Below are positions 20,631-32,148 of a stretch of DNA of 64,000 nt, piece by piece. The position numbers and the translations under genes were made by a program. Every line of letters begins with the position of its first letter. The first letter of the stretch is position 1. This DNA comes from Terriglobia bacterium. GTDB lineage: Bacteria > Acidobacteriota > Terriglobia > 20CM-2-55-15. The DNA is taken from the NCBI GenBank assembly GCA_963664115.2, contig CAXWPJ010000011.1, forward strand, positions 78,965 through 142,964. Direction: 5' to 3'. The notes beneath the pieces are model-generated. The model saw only the letters and a program-made list of their open reading frames with translations. It was not told the DNA's origin and did not search any database.

Positions 20631-22763
20631 TTGGCTACCTCACTGCAGCAGACGACTCCGGTCGCGCCTACTAATGGCGGGACGGCTAAGATTCCGCTCC
20701 GCATGCGAACGATGAAGGCTTTCGATGCGGCCTTATGTTATTCCGCTGGCGTCGCCTTTGACGCGATCTACGCCGTCAGCAAGTATGACCCCAAGGCGGC
20801 CTTCACGCCGAAGTGGTCTGAGAAACCCTTGCAGAAGTCCTGGGAGAAGACCAAGCCCACCTTGGGATGGCCCCGCCAGACCGATTCACTCTGTCCCCAG
20901 TGTGTTCGGGAGGCGCGCGAAGCCATTGTGAGTGGACGGAAGGACTGGACGACGCTGCTTCACGAGAAAGTCGGCGAAGTGAAAGCCGATATTGTGGAGC
21001 GCGACGGACAGGTTTGGATGGTCAAGGAATGCCCGCAGCACGGCAAGATCGAAGACATGATGGCGGTCGATGTCCGGTTCCTGGAATGGATTGAGAAGAA
21101 CTTTCCGGGGCGCGATATTCCTTCGCACAACGACAAGGATCTGCACAATCACGGCAGCAGCACGATTAAGCACGGTCGCGGAAGCGTTCTCACGGTCGAT
21201 CTGACGAACCGTTGCAACATGATGTGTGACCCCTGCTTCATGGATGCAAACCAAGTCGGTTATGTCCACGAACTCACCTGGCCCGATATCGAAGAGATCA
21301 TGGACAATTCCATGAAGATCAAGCCGCGCCGCCAGATGTCGATTCAGTTTTCCGGCGGTGAACCGACAATGTCTCCGTTCTTTCTGGATGCTGTTCGATA
21401 CGCTAGAAAGCTTGGGTTTTCCAGCACCCAGGCAGCCAGCAATGGTATCGAGTTCGCCAAGAGCAAAGAATTCTGCCGGGCAGCTGCGGAAGCGGGCCTC
21501 CGATATGTGTACCTGCAGTTCGACGGGATCGGCAACGATGCGAACAGTCACCGGCAGGTCGGCAACTTGTTTGACGTGAAGTTGAGGGCGATCAATAACC
21601 TGCATGAAGCGGGCATGGAAATCATTCTGGTGGTCACGCTGGTCAACGGAGTCAACAACGATCAGGTGGGCTCCATCCTTCGTTTCGCGATGGACAATCC
21701 CAAGAAGATTGCCTTCATTTCTTTCCAGCCTGTTTCTTTCACCGGGCGGGACGAAGAAATAACTCCGGAACGCAGGCTCCGCCAGCGCTATACGCTTTCG
21801 CACCTTGCCCACGACGTCAAACAGCAGGTGGGCATCACCGAACCCACCCGGGATTGGTTCCCGCTTTCTCTGATGGGCTCTTTCGCTGATTTTGCAGATC
21901 TGGCCCACGGTGCGGAACGGGAATGGGGACAGGTCAGTTGCGGCTGTCATCCCAATTGCGGCGTGGGTACGGCCTTGATGATTAACAAGGAAACCAAGGA
22001 AATGGCACCGGTGCCGCAGTTCCTGAACATACCCGGGTTGGTGAGCGACATGCAGAAAGTCACGGATGCGGGTCGCGGGAAATGGGCCTCGAATGCAATG
22101 ATGGGCCTTGCGCTCCTAAAGCACTACAACCCCTACCGGGCGCCCGCCAGCCTGACTTTGGCTGACCTCTTCAAGAAGTTCGACAAGTCGTTTGGATTGA
22201 CCGGCAAGGATTACGGAAAGATCGTGGGCAAGGACAGGCTCTCGGATGTCGAGAAGCGGCGTTCCGATCCCTGGAATTTCCTGTTTGTCGCCGGGATGTG
22301 GTTCCAGGACCTGTTCAACTATGATTTCCGGCGCACCGAGATGTGCATCATTCCGTATGCGACACAGATGGGAGAAATTTCCTTCTGTGCCTATAACACG
22401 GGGGTCGGTTGGAGGAACATCATCGAGAACATGTACAAAACGCACACCGTAGCCGAGTGGTATAAGGAAAACGGCAAGCACAGCGTCTATGCCGGAGGCA
22501 AGGAGGTGGAGTTGGAATCCATAGAACACGGCCTTGTCATCCAGGCGGAAGACGCTGACCGGGTGCGTGACCGTGGAGCACTCCCGTTGACGGCTGCAGA
22601 CGAAGAGAAACAACAGCGGAAGGCAGAGCGGGAAGCGGCCAAGACCCGCGAAATCTACGAAGAAATGGTTCTCGGGAAGAAACCCAGCAAGCTCGATTTG
22701 ATCAAGATTGAGGTGCTGAATCGAAAAGAAGAACAGGAAGCGGCAATGTCCGCAACTAAGTAA
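20631..22763 (+). CDS. radical SAM protein, tetraether lipid synthase (Tes/GDGT-MAS, MJ0619)-like
   Basis: TDSLCPQC...KECPQHG N-terminal metal site, CNMMCDPC radical SAM motif, CGCHPNCG, MWFQDLFNYDFRRTEMCIIPY...FCAYN. Confidence 0.8.
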   Translation: MATSLQQTTPVAPTNGGTAKIPLRMRTMKAFDAALCYSAGVAFDAIYAVSKYDPKAAFTPKWSEKPLQKSWEKTKPTLGWPRQTDSLCPQCVREAREAIVSGRKDWTTLLHEKVGEVKADIVERDGQVWMVKECPQHGKIEDMMAVDVRFLEWIEKNFPGRDIPSHNDKDLHNHGSSTIKHGRGSVLTVDLTNRCNMMCDPCFMDANQVGYVHELTWPDIEEIMDNSMKIKPRRQMSIQFSGGEPTMSPFFLDAVRYARKLGFSSTQAASNGIEFAKSKEFCRAAAEAGLRYVYLQFDGIGNDANSHRQVGNLFDVKLRAINNLHEAGMEIILVVTLVNGVNNDQVGSILRFAMDNPKKIAFISFQPVSFTGRDEEITPERRLRQRYTLSHLAHDVKQQVGITEPTRDWFPLSLMGSFADFADLAHGAEREWGQVSCGCHPNCGVGTALMINKETKEMAPVPQFLNIPGLVSDMQKVTDAGRGKWASNAMMGLALLKHYNPYRAPASLTLADLFKKFDKSFGLTGKDYGKIVGKDRLSDVEKRRSDPWNFLFVAGMWFQDLFNYDFRRTEMCIIPYATQMGEISFCAYNTGVGWRNIIENMYKTHTVAEWYKENGKHSVYAGGKEVELESIEHGLVIQAEDADRVRDRGALPLTAADEEKQQRKAEREAAKTREIYEEMVLGKKPSKLDLIKIEVLNRKEEQEAAMSATK

Positions 22764-22784
22764 GCAAGCAGATTCTGCGAGAAG

Positions 22785-22814
22785 AAAAGGCGGCCCGTTC
22801 GGGCCGCCTTTTCT
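22785..22814. terminator. rho-independent terminator (bidirectional-looking)
   Basis: AAAAGGCGGCCCG TT CGGGCCGCCTTTT. Confidence 0.85.
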
Positions 22815-23010
22815 ATTGTTCCGTAGCAGACCTCGGCAGAAATTCGGTGCTTAACAGTTTCGTCCTGCTCCGGTCGTCTTCTTTCACTGACCACTGACGC
22901 CTCGGCTGCTGCGTCTTTGCTCTGAATGCGGTCCACCCGCACCGTCGGACCGGTGGGGGTTGTTTCTAAGAACTGCTTCAACATTCCGTAATTCACAATT
23001 AGCTTCTCCA

Positions 23011-23070
23011 TCAGGATGATGGAGAGGGTCGCCGGTCGTTCAGGATGATGGAGAGGGTCGCCGGTCGTTC
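23011..23070. repeat. 29-bp tandem repeat x2
   Basis: TCAGGATGATGGAGAGGGTCGCCGGTCGT occurs twice back to back in an intergenic region. Confidence 0.9.
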
Positions 23071-23157
23071 GGCCCAACGCGCTTGACGCGACAGAGACGG
23101 TCGGCCGATTGAATGACCGAGCGAAATCTTAGAGTCGCAATCTGCTGCTCCGGAACA

Positions 23158-23649
23158 CTAGATCCCCAGGACTTTCCGTCCCTCTTCAGAAATCCTCTCT
23201 GCAGTCCACTGGGGTTCCCATACCACCTGGATCTTCGGATCCGGGAAACCCGCTTCCTGGAGTTTTGTCTGGATGTCGAGGCTGATCGTTTCGCTCGATG
23301 GGCAACCGGGAGCGGTTAACGACATCTTGATTTTGAGTTTGTCGTTTTCCAGATCGACATCATAAATCAAACCCAGATCGACTATGTTCAGCGGTATTTC
23401 CGGGTCGTAGCACTCTTTGAGTACTTCCATCACGAGGTCCTCTGGGCTCAGCCCAATGAGCTCGGGATCTCTGAGTTTGCTGACGGGATTTTCGTGTTCA
23501 GGCTTCTCGGGTGGAAGCGGTGGCCGGTAAGTCAAATCGACATCGGGCTCCCCCTCTGCTGGTATCGTTACCTGTGCCTGCTTCCGGTTTGCGTATATGA
23601 GTCCAACTATGAGCAGAATCGGTACCGTAAACAGCAGGTAAAAAAGCAA
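23158..23649 (-). CDS. SufT/DUF59 Fe-S cluster assembly factor with N-terminal membrane anchor
   Basis: DPEIPLNIVDLGLIY, SLTAPGCP, VWEPQWT. Confidence 0.85.
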   Translation of the reverse strand: MLFYLLFTVPILLIVGLIYANRKQAQVTIPAEGEPDVDLTYRPPLPPEKPEHENPVSKLRDPELIGLSPEDLVMEVLKECYDPEIPLNIVDLGLIYDVDLENDKLKIKMSLTAPGCPSSETISLDIQTKLQEAGFPDPKIQVVWEPQWTAERISEEGRKVLGI

Positions 23650-23947
23650 TTCATTCTCCTTATGACCTATGGATCAGCCAGGATCTCGACCGAGAGAGTC
23701 CACTGTTACAGAATTTGAGGGATGTTGTCAACGCCGCCCGGCTCGGGAGTGACCCGACCCTTGCTGGTTGTCAGGAAGGGACTTTGGGGCGTGCCGATTT
23801 CTGCTGATCGGGACACGAATTGCCGTGTGGGGTATCACGCGGGGCCCCGAGAAGTTTGCTATAATAATGCGTTGCGCCAACCAGGGATTAAGCGATGCAC
23901 GCTCGATCGTGTGTCACGAAGACCTTAAGACAAGGGGTTAAAGACAT

Positions 23948-24451
23948 ATGGCTTCCGTCTCCGCGAAAGCGCTCAGCCAGCCCACAATCGAAGTTGCTTC
24001 AGGGCCATATACCGTCGCCAGTACCACGATCAAGTTCGACACCGAGGATAGGATAGAACTGTTCAACCTGACCCAGCAGATGCGAGACTTCGTCGGCGCA
24101 TCCGGTGTTCAAGTCGGCCAACTGACTATTGCTTCGATGCATACCACTTGCGCCATCTTTGTTAACGAGTGGCAGGACGCTTTGCTGTTCGATATTGAAA
24201 CGGAGCTTGAAAACTTGATCAGCCGGGGAGCGTATTACAGGCACAACGATCCAGAATGGTCGGACTGTGACCGCAACAACGCGGATTCGCATCTGCGGAC
24301 GCTAATGTTGGGTACCCACGTGACGCTGCCGGTGGACGATGGCGACCTCGTGCTGGGAGTATGGCAAAGCGTGATGATGGCGGAACTCGACGGCCCCCGT
24401 GAGAGAATCATCCGACTACAGGTGATGGGTACTCGATCCGGAGCGGAGTAG
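23948..24451 (+). CDS. yjbQ: secondary thiamine-phosphate synthase YjbQ (UPF0047)
   Basis: HTTCAIFVNE, YRHN, NADSHLR, LGVWQ...ELDGPRER. Confidence 0.9.
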   Translation: MASVSAKALSQPTIEVASGPYTVASTTIKFDTEDRIELFNLTQQMRDFVGASGVQVGQLTIASMHTTCAIFVNEWQDALLFDIETELENLISRGAYYRHNDPEWSDCDRNNADSHLRTLMLGTHVTLPVDDGDLVLGVWQSVMMAELDGPRERIIRLQVMGTRSGAE

Positions 24452-24507
24452 GCTGCTCCTGCGAAAGCGACCGCGGCTTCGGCAGAAAATTTAAGAGGAG
24501 AATCATA

Positions 24508-24855
24508 ATGGCAGTAACTGAGTCGACAGCTATTACCTTGACGACGAGTGCGGCGGAGAAGGTGAAAGAGATTCTAGCCGGCCAGGATGAGGATTACGCC
24601 GGGTTGCGAATCCAGGTCGTCGGTGGCGGATGTTCGGGTTATTCCTACCGCATGGGTTTTGACAAAACCTGGAACGAGGATACGGATCAGGTACTGGAGT
24701 TCGACGGCCTGAAGGTATTTATCGATCGCGCCAGCATGCTCCAGGTTGCCGGTGCGGAAATCGACTACGTCGATGGTCTCCAGGGTGCCGGTTTCAAATT
24801 CAACAACCCGAACGCCACAGGTACTTGCGGTTGTGGCGAATCATTCAGCACATAA
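24508..24855 (+). CDS. erpA: A-type Fe-S carrier (HesB/IscA/ErpA)
   Basis: GGGCSGYSY...FNNPNATGTCGCGESF. Confidence 0.9.
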   Translation: MAVTESTAITLTTSAAEKVKEILAGQDEDYAGLRIQVVGGGCSGYSYRMGFDKTWNEDTDQVLEFDGLKVFIDRASMLQVAGAEIDYVDGLQGAGFKFNNPNATGTCGCGESFST

Positions 24856-25003
24856 GCCCTCTTGACCGTGGCTGTTGAACGGTAATTTCGATTGGCTTCA
24901 TCGTCCGGATTGCGATGGGGCCTTTCTTGTTTGTTGGGTCACGCGAAGAGCATTCTTGTGTTTGTGGCCGATTCAGGCAATCATCGGTAAGCGTATCTCA
25001 CCA

Positions 25004-27076
<2,073 letters not shown>

Positions 27077-27084
27077 GAGGAATT

Positions 27085-27261
27085 AACCGCAGAGGCGCAA
27101 AGACGCAAAGGAAGAATAAACAGGACTGAGTTATCTGCGTCTAGCTCGACCGGCAGTAGTTGGGTTAACAACATGGTTGTTAGAAACCCTCAGAAGTTGC
27201 TTCGCTGATTCTTATACAGACTATCTCTTCCTGATTTTAGCGTCTTTGCGCCTTTGCGGTG
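27085..27261. repeat. MITE/REP-like element with about 25-bp terminal inverted repeats
   Basis: ACCGCAGAGGCGCAAAGACGCAAAG at 27086 and its near-perfect reverse complement TTTAGCGTCTTTGCGCCTTTGCGGT at 27236-27260. Confidence 0.7.
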
Positions 27262-27307
27262 AAAATTCCCAACCACAGGACGGGGAGGGTGTTCCAGTGC
27301 GGGCAGG

Positions 27308-28225
27308 CTACTTGGAGTCGATGACGAGTTCGGGATCGGAGATGATCACCCGGGTGTGGGGTGGGACCGAGCGTGTCAGCCAGACGTTGCCGCCGATTAC
27401 CGAACCTTGACCGATGACGGTGTCCCCGCCCAGGATCGTGGCGCCGGCGTAAATCACAACATCATTTTCGATCGTCGGGTGTCGTTTTTTCCCCCGAACG
27501 ATCTGTCCCTCTGTGTCTTTCGCAAAGCTCAAGGCACCGATCGTCACGCCTTGGTATAGCTTCACCCCATCGCCGATCACAGTCGTTTCACCGATGACGA
27601 CACCCGTTCCATGGTCGATAAAGAATCCCTTCCCCACGGTAGCGCCCGGATGGATATCGATGCCGGTCCGCGAATGTGCGTACTCGGTCATGATGCGGGG
27701 CAGCAGAGGGACTCCAATCCGGCTCAGTTCATGGGAAACGCGGTAGACGCTTATCGCATAGATAGCCGGGTAAGCGAAGATGACCTCATCGGTGCTTTTG
27801 GCCGCGGGGTCGCCATCGTAAGCCGCCTGAACGTCTTCGGAGAGCTGTCTGCGCAAGTCCGGAATCCTCCCGAGTAGGTCCAGTGACTGATCCTCGGCAA
27901 TGGAATAGCAGTGTGTGCAGAGATCCTCGGAGAGTTCACATGCCGGCCGGACACTACGGTAAATTTCTTCGCTTAGCCGGGTGTAAATCGAATCGAGCAG
28001 GTCCCCGATGTGGTAGTCGATATTCGACTCTTCGAGATGTTTTTCACCATGGTATCCGGGATAAATGACTTCGAAAATGTCGTCCAGAATCTGGATGACA
28101 GAGCTTTTGTCTGGTAGCGGGACGACGTTCAGGTGCTGGAGCTTGGGTTCCAGTCTGCCGTAGGTATCCAGAACTGCCTGCGCGATATTACGAACCTCGC
28201 CGCGCTTTTTAAGATGTTCCCTCAT
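27308..28225 (-). CDS. cysE: serine O-acetyltransferase
   Basis: GDPAAKS, TGIDIHPGA, FFIDHGTGVVIGET, KRHPT and hexapeptide repeats. Confidence 0.92.
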   Translation of the reverse strand: MREHLKKRGEVRNIAQAVLDTYGRLEPKLQHLNVVPLPDKSSVIQILDDIFEVIYPGYHGEKHLEESNIDYHIGDLLDSIYTRLSEEIYRSVRPACELSEDLCTHCYSIAEDQSLDLLGRIPDLRRQLSEDVQAAYDGDPAAKSTDEVIFAYPAIYAISVYRVSHELSRIGVPLLPRIMTEYAHSRTGIDIHPGATVGKGFFIDHGTGVVIGETTVIGDGVKLYQGVTIGALSFAKDTEGQIVRGKKRHPTIENDVVIYAGATILGGDTVIGQGSVIGGNVWLTRSVPPHTRVIISDPELVIDSK

Positions 28226-28264
28226 GTGAGTAGAGCGCTCTCTCTGCGCTCGCATCGGATTCTT

Positions 28265-29455
28265 TCAGGACTTCCAATTTTCCAGCGTATGTTTGATGTC
28301 GGCCATGAAGCCGTCCGCGACGGCGCCGTCAATGATTCGATGGTCGAACGACAACGCAAGGTAAACCATGGATCGCACCGCGATCGCTTCGTCAACAACC
28401 ACGGGCCGGCTTTCGATACCGCCCATTGCAAGTATAGCAACCTGAGGTTGGTGGATGATGGGGATTCCAAACAGACCGCCGAAGTTGCCTGGATTCGTAA
28501 TTGTAAAAGTTCCTCCCTGAACTTCATCTGGTAGAAGTTTCTTGGTTCGCGCACGCTCACCCAGGTCGGAAGTCGCTCTTGCAATGTCGAGCAGCTTCAT
28601 TTCGTCGGTCTTGGGTATCACCGGAACGATCAATCCGCCTTCCAGGGCGACAGCGATCCCGACGTTTATCGCTTTTTTATGTATGACGTCGTCACCGTCG
28701 ACGGACGAATTGATTATCGGAAACTTACGGATCGCCTTGGCAACGGCCTGGATGAAGAATGGAGTAATCGTCAGATCGACGTCCGATCGTTGAAACTCGG
28801 GTTTCAGCACCGCCCTGGCGTTCAAGATGGCGGAGCAGTCTACTTCGAAAACAGTGGCGACGTGAGCTGAGGTGCGTCTGCTTGCAGTCATGTGTTCCGC
28901 TATGGATTTCCGCATCGCAGTCATCGGCACGCGCTCACCGGCGCTTTCGTTTGCCGGTGCTTTTGCTTCCTCACGCTGTTCGATAAAGCTCTGGATGTCC
29001 CGCTTCGTAATGCGTCCGCCTTCGCCTGTACCCTTGCCTTCCATCTCGGAGAGATCAATGCCGTGATCCCGAGCCATCCTGCGGACCATCGGGGACGATG
29101 GGACACTCGTACCACCCGGTGGTTTCGAGGCGGAGGAGACGGGCGTGTCCGCATCGGATTTTCCGCTGTCCCCGGTCGTCGGTGAGGCTTTCCGGTCAGA
29201 GACCGCGTCACTTCCGGTACCGGTGATCAGCGCGACCACTGTGTTGATTTCGACCGTCTCGCCTTCCGCGATGAGGATTTCTTTCAGTGTGCCCGAAGCC
29301 GGTGAAGGAATTTCCGAGTCTATTTTGTCTGTTGAGATCTCGAAAAGAGGTTCGTCACGCGCGATCGTATCGCCCGGTTGTTTGAGCCACTTGGTGACGG
29401 TGCCTTCGAAAATGCTTTCGCCCATCTGGGGCATGATTACCTTAGTTTCAGACAT
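28265..29455 (-). CDS. 2-oxoacid dehydrogenase E2 (dihydrolipoamide acyltransferase)
   Basis: Lipoyl domain EISTDKID, E3-binding SSPMVRRMA...GRITKRD, catalytic SFDHRIIDG. Confidence 0.95.
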   Translation of the reverse strand: MSETKVIMPQMGESIFEGTVTKWLKQPGDTIARDEPLFEISTDKIDSEIPSPASGTLKEILIAEGETVEINTVVALITGTGSDAVSDRKASPTTGDSGKSDADTPVSSASKPPGGTSVPSSPMVRRMARDHGIDLSEMEGKGTGEGGRITKRDIQSFIEQREEAKAPANESAGERVPMTAMRKSIAEHMTASRRTSAHVATVFEVDCSAILNARAVLKPEFQRSDVDLTITPFFIQAVAKAIRKFPIINSSVDGDDVIHKKAINVGIAVALEGGLIVPVIPKTDEMKLLDIARATSDLGERARTKKLLPDEVQGGTFTITNPGNFGGLFGIPIIHQPQVAILAMGGIESRPVVVDEAIAVRSMVYLALSFDHRIIDGAVADGFMADIKHTLENWKS

Positions 29456-29518
29456 GAAATCCAGGTCCTCGGTCCTTGGGAACGACGCCAGTGGGTTCCA
29501 TTTGGGTGGACCAGGTCA

Positions 29519-30493
29519 CTAGTAAGCGTTCAGTTCCCGCGCGACCCGAACTACATCGGATACTTTGGGCAGGAAGAACTCTTCCAGAGGCGGGCTGTAG
29601 GGAACCGGTGTGTCGGGGGCCGTAATCCGACGGATCGGCCCATCCAGATGATCGAACGCTTCTTCAGAGATCGTGGCCGCAAGTTCACCCGCAAAACCTC
29701 CAGTTCGCGTGTCTTCGTGGAGGAGAATGACTTTGTTCGTCCTTTTGACGGACTCGAGCACGGTTTCTTTGTCGTAGGGCAGCAGGGAACGCAGATCCAC
29801 GACCTCGACATCGATGCCTTCCTTTTCCAATTCCTTAGCGGCATCCAGGGCCACAAATACCATTGCACCGTAAGTAATCACGGAAACATCGGATCCACTC
29901 CGACGTATCGCGGCCTTTCCGATCGGCACCGTATAGTCTTCGTCGGGCAGCTCGGCTTTGATCCGTCGATACAGGAATTTGTGTTCGAAGAAAATTACGG
30001 GATCGGGATCCCGTATCGCGGCTTTCATCAAGCCTTTGGCGTCGTATGCGGTGGCTGGACAGACGACTTTCAATCCCGGGGTGTGTACGAAGTACATTTC
30101 CGGATTTTGGGAATGGAACGGTCCGCCGTGAACCCCGCCTCCGCTGGGCCCACGCACCACGATCGGCACACCGGCGCTCCAGCGATAACGGCACTTGGCC
30201 GCGAAATTCGTGATCTGGTCGAAGGCGCACGAAATAAAGTCGGCGAACTGCATTTCCGCGATCGGGCGCATCCCCATCATCGCCGCTCCAATGGCCGCGC
30301 CGACAATGGCCGACTCGGATATCGGCGTGTCGATGACCCTGTCTTCACCGAACTCGTCCATCAGCCCGGCGGTTACCTTGAAAGCCCCGCCGTAAACACC
30401 CACGTCCTCACCGAGAACGAAGACACTCTCATCCCGCGCCATCTCTTCCCAGATGCCCTGCCTGATTGCCTCGAGGTAAGTTGTTGTTGCCAC
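29519..30493 (-). CDS. 2-oxoacid (probably branched-chain) dehydrogenase E1 beta
   Basis: GEDVGVYGGAFKVT, DTPISE, EMQFADF, FHSQNPE. Confidence 0.95.
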   Translation of the reverse strand: MATTTYLEAIRQGIWEEMARDESVFVLGEDVGVYGGAFKVTAGLMDEFGEDRVIDTPISESAIVGAAIGAAMMGMRPIAEMQFADFISCAFDQITNFAAKCRYRWSAGVPIVVRGPSGGGVHGGPFHSQNPEMYFVHTPGLKVVCPATAYDAKGLMKAAIRDPDPVIFFEHKFLYRRIKAELPDEDYTVPIGKAAIRRSGSDVSVITYGAMVFVALDAAKELEKEGIDVEVVDLRSLLPYDKETVLESVKRTNKVILLHEDTRTGGFAGELAATISEEAFDHLDGPIRRITAPDTPVPYSPPLEEFFLPKVSDVVRVARELNAY

Positions 30494-30499
30494 CGGTCG

Positions 30500-31516
30500 C
30501 TAGTCCTCGGAATACACGTTTGTCAGGCAGTCTGCCGGGTTTGGGTACGGATCTTTCTCGGCCAGAGCGACTGCTTCGTCGATTTCACCGATGACCTTTT
30601 CGGTGAGCTTCTGAATCTCGGATTCGTCGAGCACGGCCTGTTCGATCAGGGAGGTCTCGAACCGCTGGATCGGATCTCGTTTTTCCCAATCCTCGAAAAG
30701 CTCTTTTGGAACGTAGCTGGCGTTGTCATGCGCCGAATGTCCGGTCATGCGGAAGCTCTTGCATTCAACCAGACTCGGTCCTTCGCCGTTTCTGGCCCGC
30801 TCGATCGCCGCCGAAACGGATGTTCGCACCGCAACGACGTCGTTGCCGTCTACGATCTCCCCGGGCATGCCATAAGCGCTGGCCCGGTCAGCCACGTGTT
30901 CCACGGCCATCTGACGGTCCAGCGGTGTTGAGTAGGCGTATTGGTTGTTGTTACAGACGAATACAACCGGGCATTTCATGACCGTCGCCATGTTGACCCC
31001 TTCGTGCCAGTCTCCGCGGCTGGTCGCGCCGTCGCCGAAGAAACACACAACGACGCGTTTCATTTTCCGGAGCTTGAAGGACATTCCGATTCCGGTGGCC
31101 ACAGGCACGCTGTCGCCGAGCATGCTCACGAAAGCAATGATGTTGTGCTCGAGCGAACCCATGTGCATGTTGCCGTCCTTGCCCTGGGTCGGTCCTGTTT
31201 TCCGGCCCATGTACTGGGCCAGAATTTCGCGCGCTGTCATTCCACGCATCAAGAAGGCAGCCATGTCCCTGTGAGATACGCTGACGACGTCATCGTGGCC
31301 CAGATCGATACAGGAGCCAACTGTAATGGCTTCCTGGCCGCGGCCCACATATACGCCGCCCACGATCTTTCCCTGACGATAGAGTTTCTTCTCGATTCTG
31401 TCCTCGAGTTCGCGCGTCAGCTTCATGTAGTAGAGCATGTCGGTGAGCGTGTGGGCGCCCGTGGGGTGGGAAGGCGTAGACTCTCCGACGGCCGATTGAG
31501 ATTTGGAGGTTTTCAC
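30500..31516 (-). CDS. 2-oxoacid dehydrogenase E1 alpha
   Basis: GQEA, TPP motif GDGATSRGDWHE...NN, RMTGHSAHD. Confidence 0.95.
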   Translation of the reverse strand: MKTSKSQSAVGESTPSHPTGAHTLTDMLYYMKLTRELEDRIEKKLYRQGKIVGGVYVGRGQEAITVGSCIDLGHDDVVSVSHRDMAAFLMRGMTAREILAQYMGRKTGPTQGKDGNMHMGSLEHNIIAFVSMLGDSVPVATGIGMSFKLRKMKRVVVCFFGDGATSRGDWHEGVNMATVMKCPVVFVCNNNQYAYSTPLDRQMAVEHVADRASAYGMPGEIVDGNDVVAVRTSVSAAIERARNGEGPSLVECKSFRMTGHSAHDNASYVPKELFEDWEKRDPIQRFETSLIEQAVLDESEIQKLTEKVIGEIDEAVALAEKDPYPNPADCLTNVYSED

Positions 31517-31689
31517 GGTTATATCCGCTCTCTCGATTTGGCTTTTGGGTCGGTGACTGAGGGCCCAACATATCCCATAAGAGGCATGCTTTTCAAGCGT
31601 GGGCAGGTCCCTTAAAAGGTTGACAAATCAATTTTTCCAGCGGGCTGTGCTGGCAGGCAATAGTCGTGATAACAATCCCTTTGGCGACG

Positions 31690-32148
31690 TCATTTCCTCC
31701 TCGCCTGCCCACCGTAGCGCTCAAGCAATTCCAGATTGAAAGGCGCGTGCCCCGGATTCGGTTCAAAGCCCCGGTAGATCGTATGGCAGGCATAGCAAAC
31801 CGCTACTTCACCGACCAAAAAATAAATTATGGCGTCCACCACAGCGGTGCCTATCAAAGCCAGCATCGCGTAAAAGGCGTTTGATCGGGCAAAAAGGACT
31901 ATGCTCGCCCCTACGCCAATCACAACGATTGCAATGCCGAGCGCTCGGTTGAAATCCTTTTGGATGTAAAGGCTATCGTGTCCACAGAGGGCGCAGCTGT
32001 CGACCATTCTGCCTGTTCTGAGCGATTCGCTCGGTCGCAGCATACAGTCCTGATCACATTCAGGGCATTTCAAATTGGCCGCTTCCTGGGGGGGCGTTTC
32101 CAGTTCCCATTCACACTTAGAGCATTTGAAATGTATAATTTGACCCAT
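31690..32148 (-). CDS. membrane protein with Cys-pair (zinc-ribbon-like) motifs
   Basis: Start MGQIIHFK, four CxxC pairs, YIQKDFNRALG and two TM helices. Confidence 0.7.
   Translation of the reverse strand: MGQIIHFKCSKCEWELETPPQEAANLKCPECDQDCMLRPSESLRTGRMVDSCALCGHDSLYIQKDFNRALGIAIVVIGVGASIVLFARSNAFYAMLALIGTAVVDAIIYFLVGEVAVCYACHTIYRGFEPNPGHAPFNLELLERYGGQARRK

Noticed and set aside
23011-23070. 29-bp repeat as a CRISPR array
   Set aside because: Only two adjacent copies, no spacer and no cas genes.
29378-30931. 517-aa plus-strand ORF
   Set aside because: Antisense shadow of the E1 alpha and beta genes.
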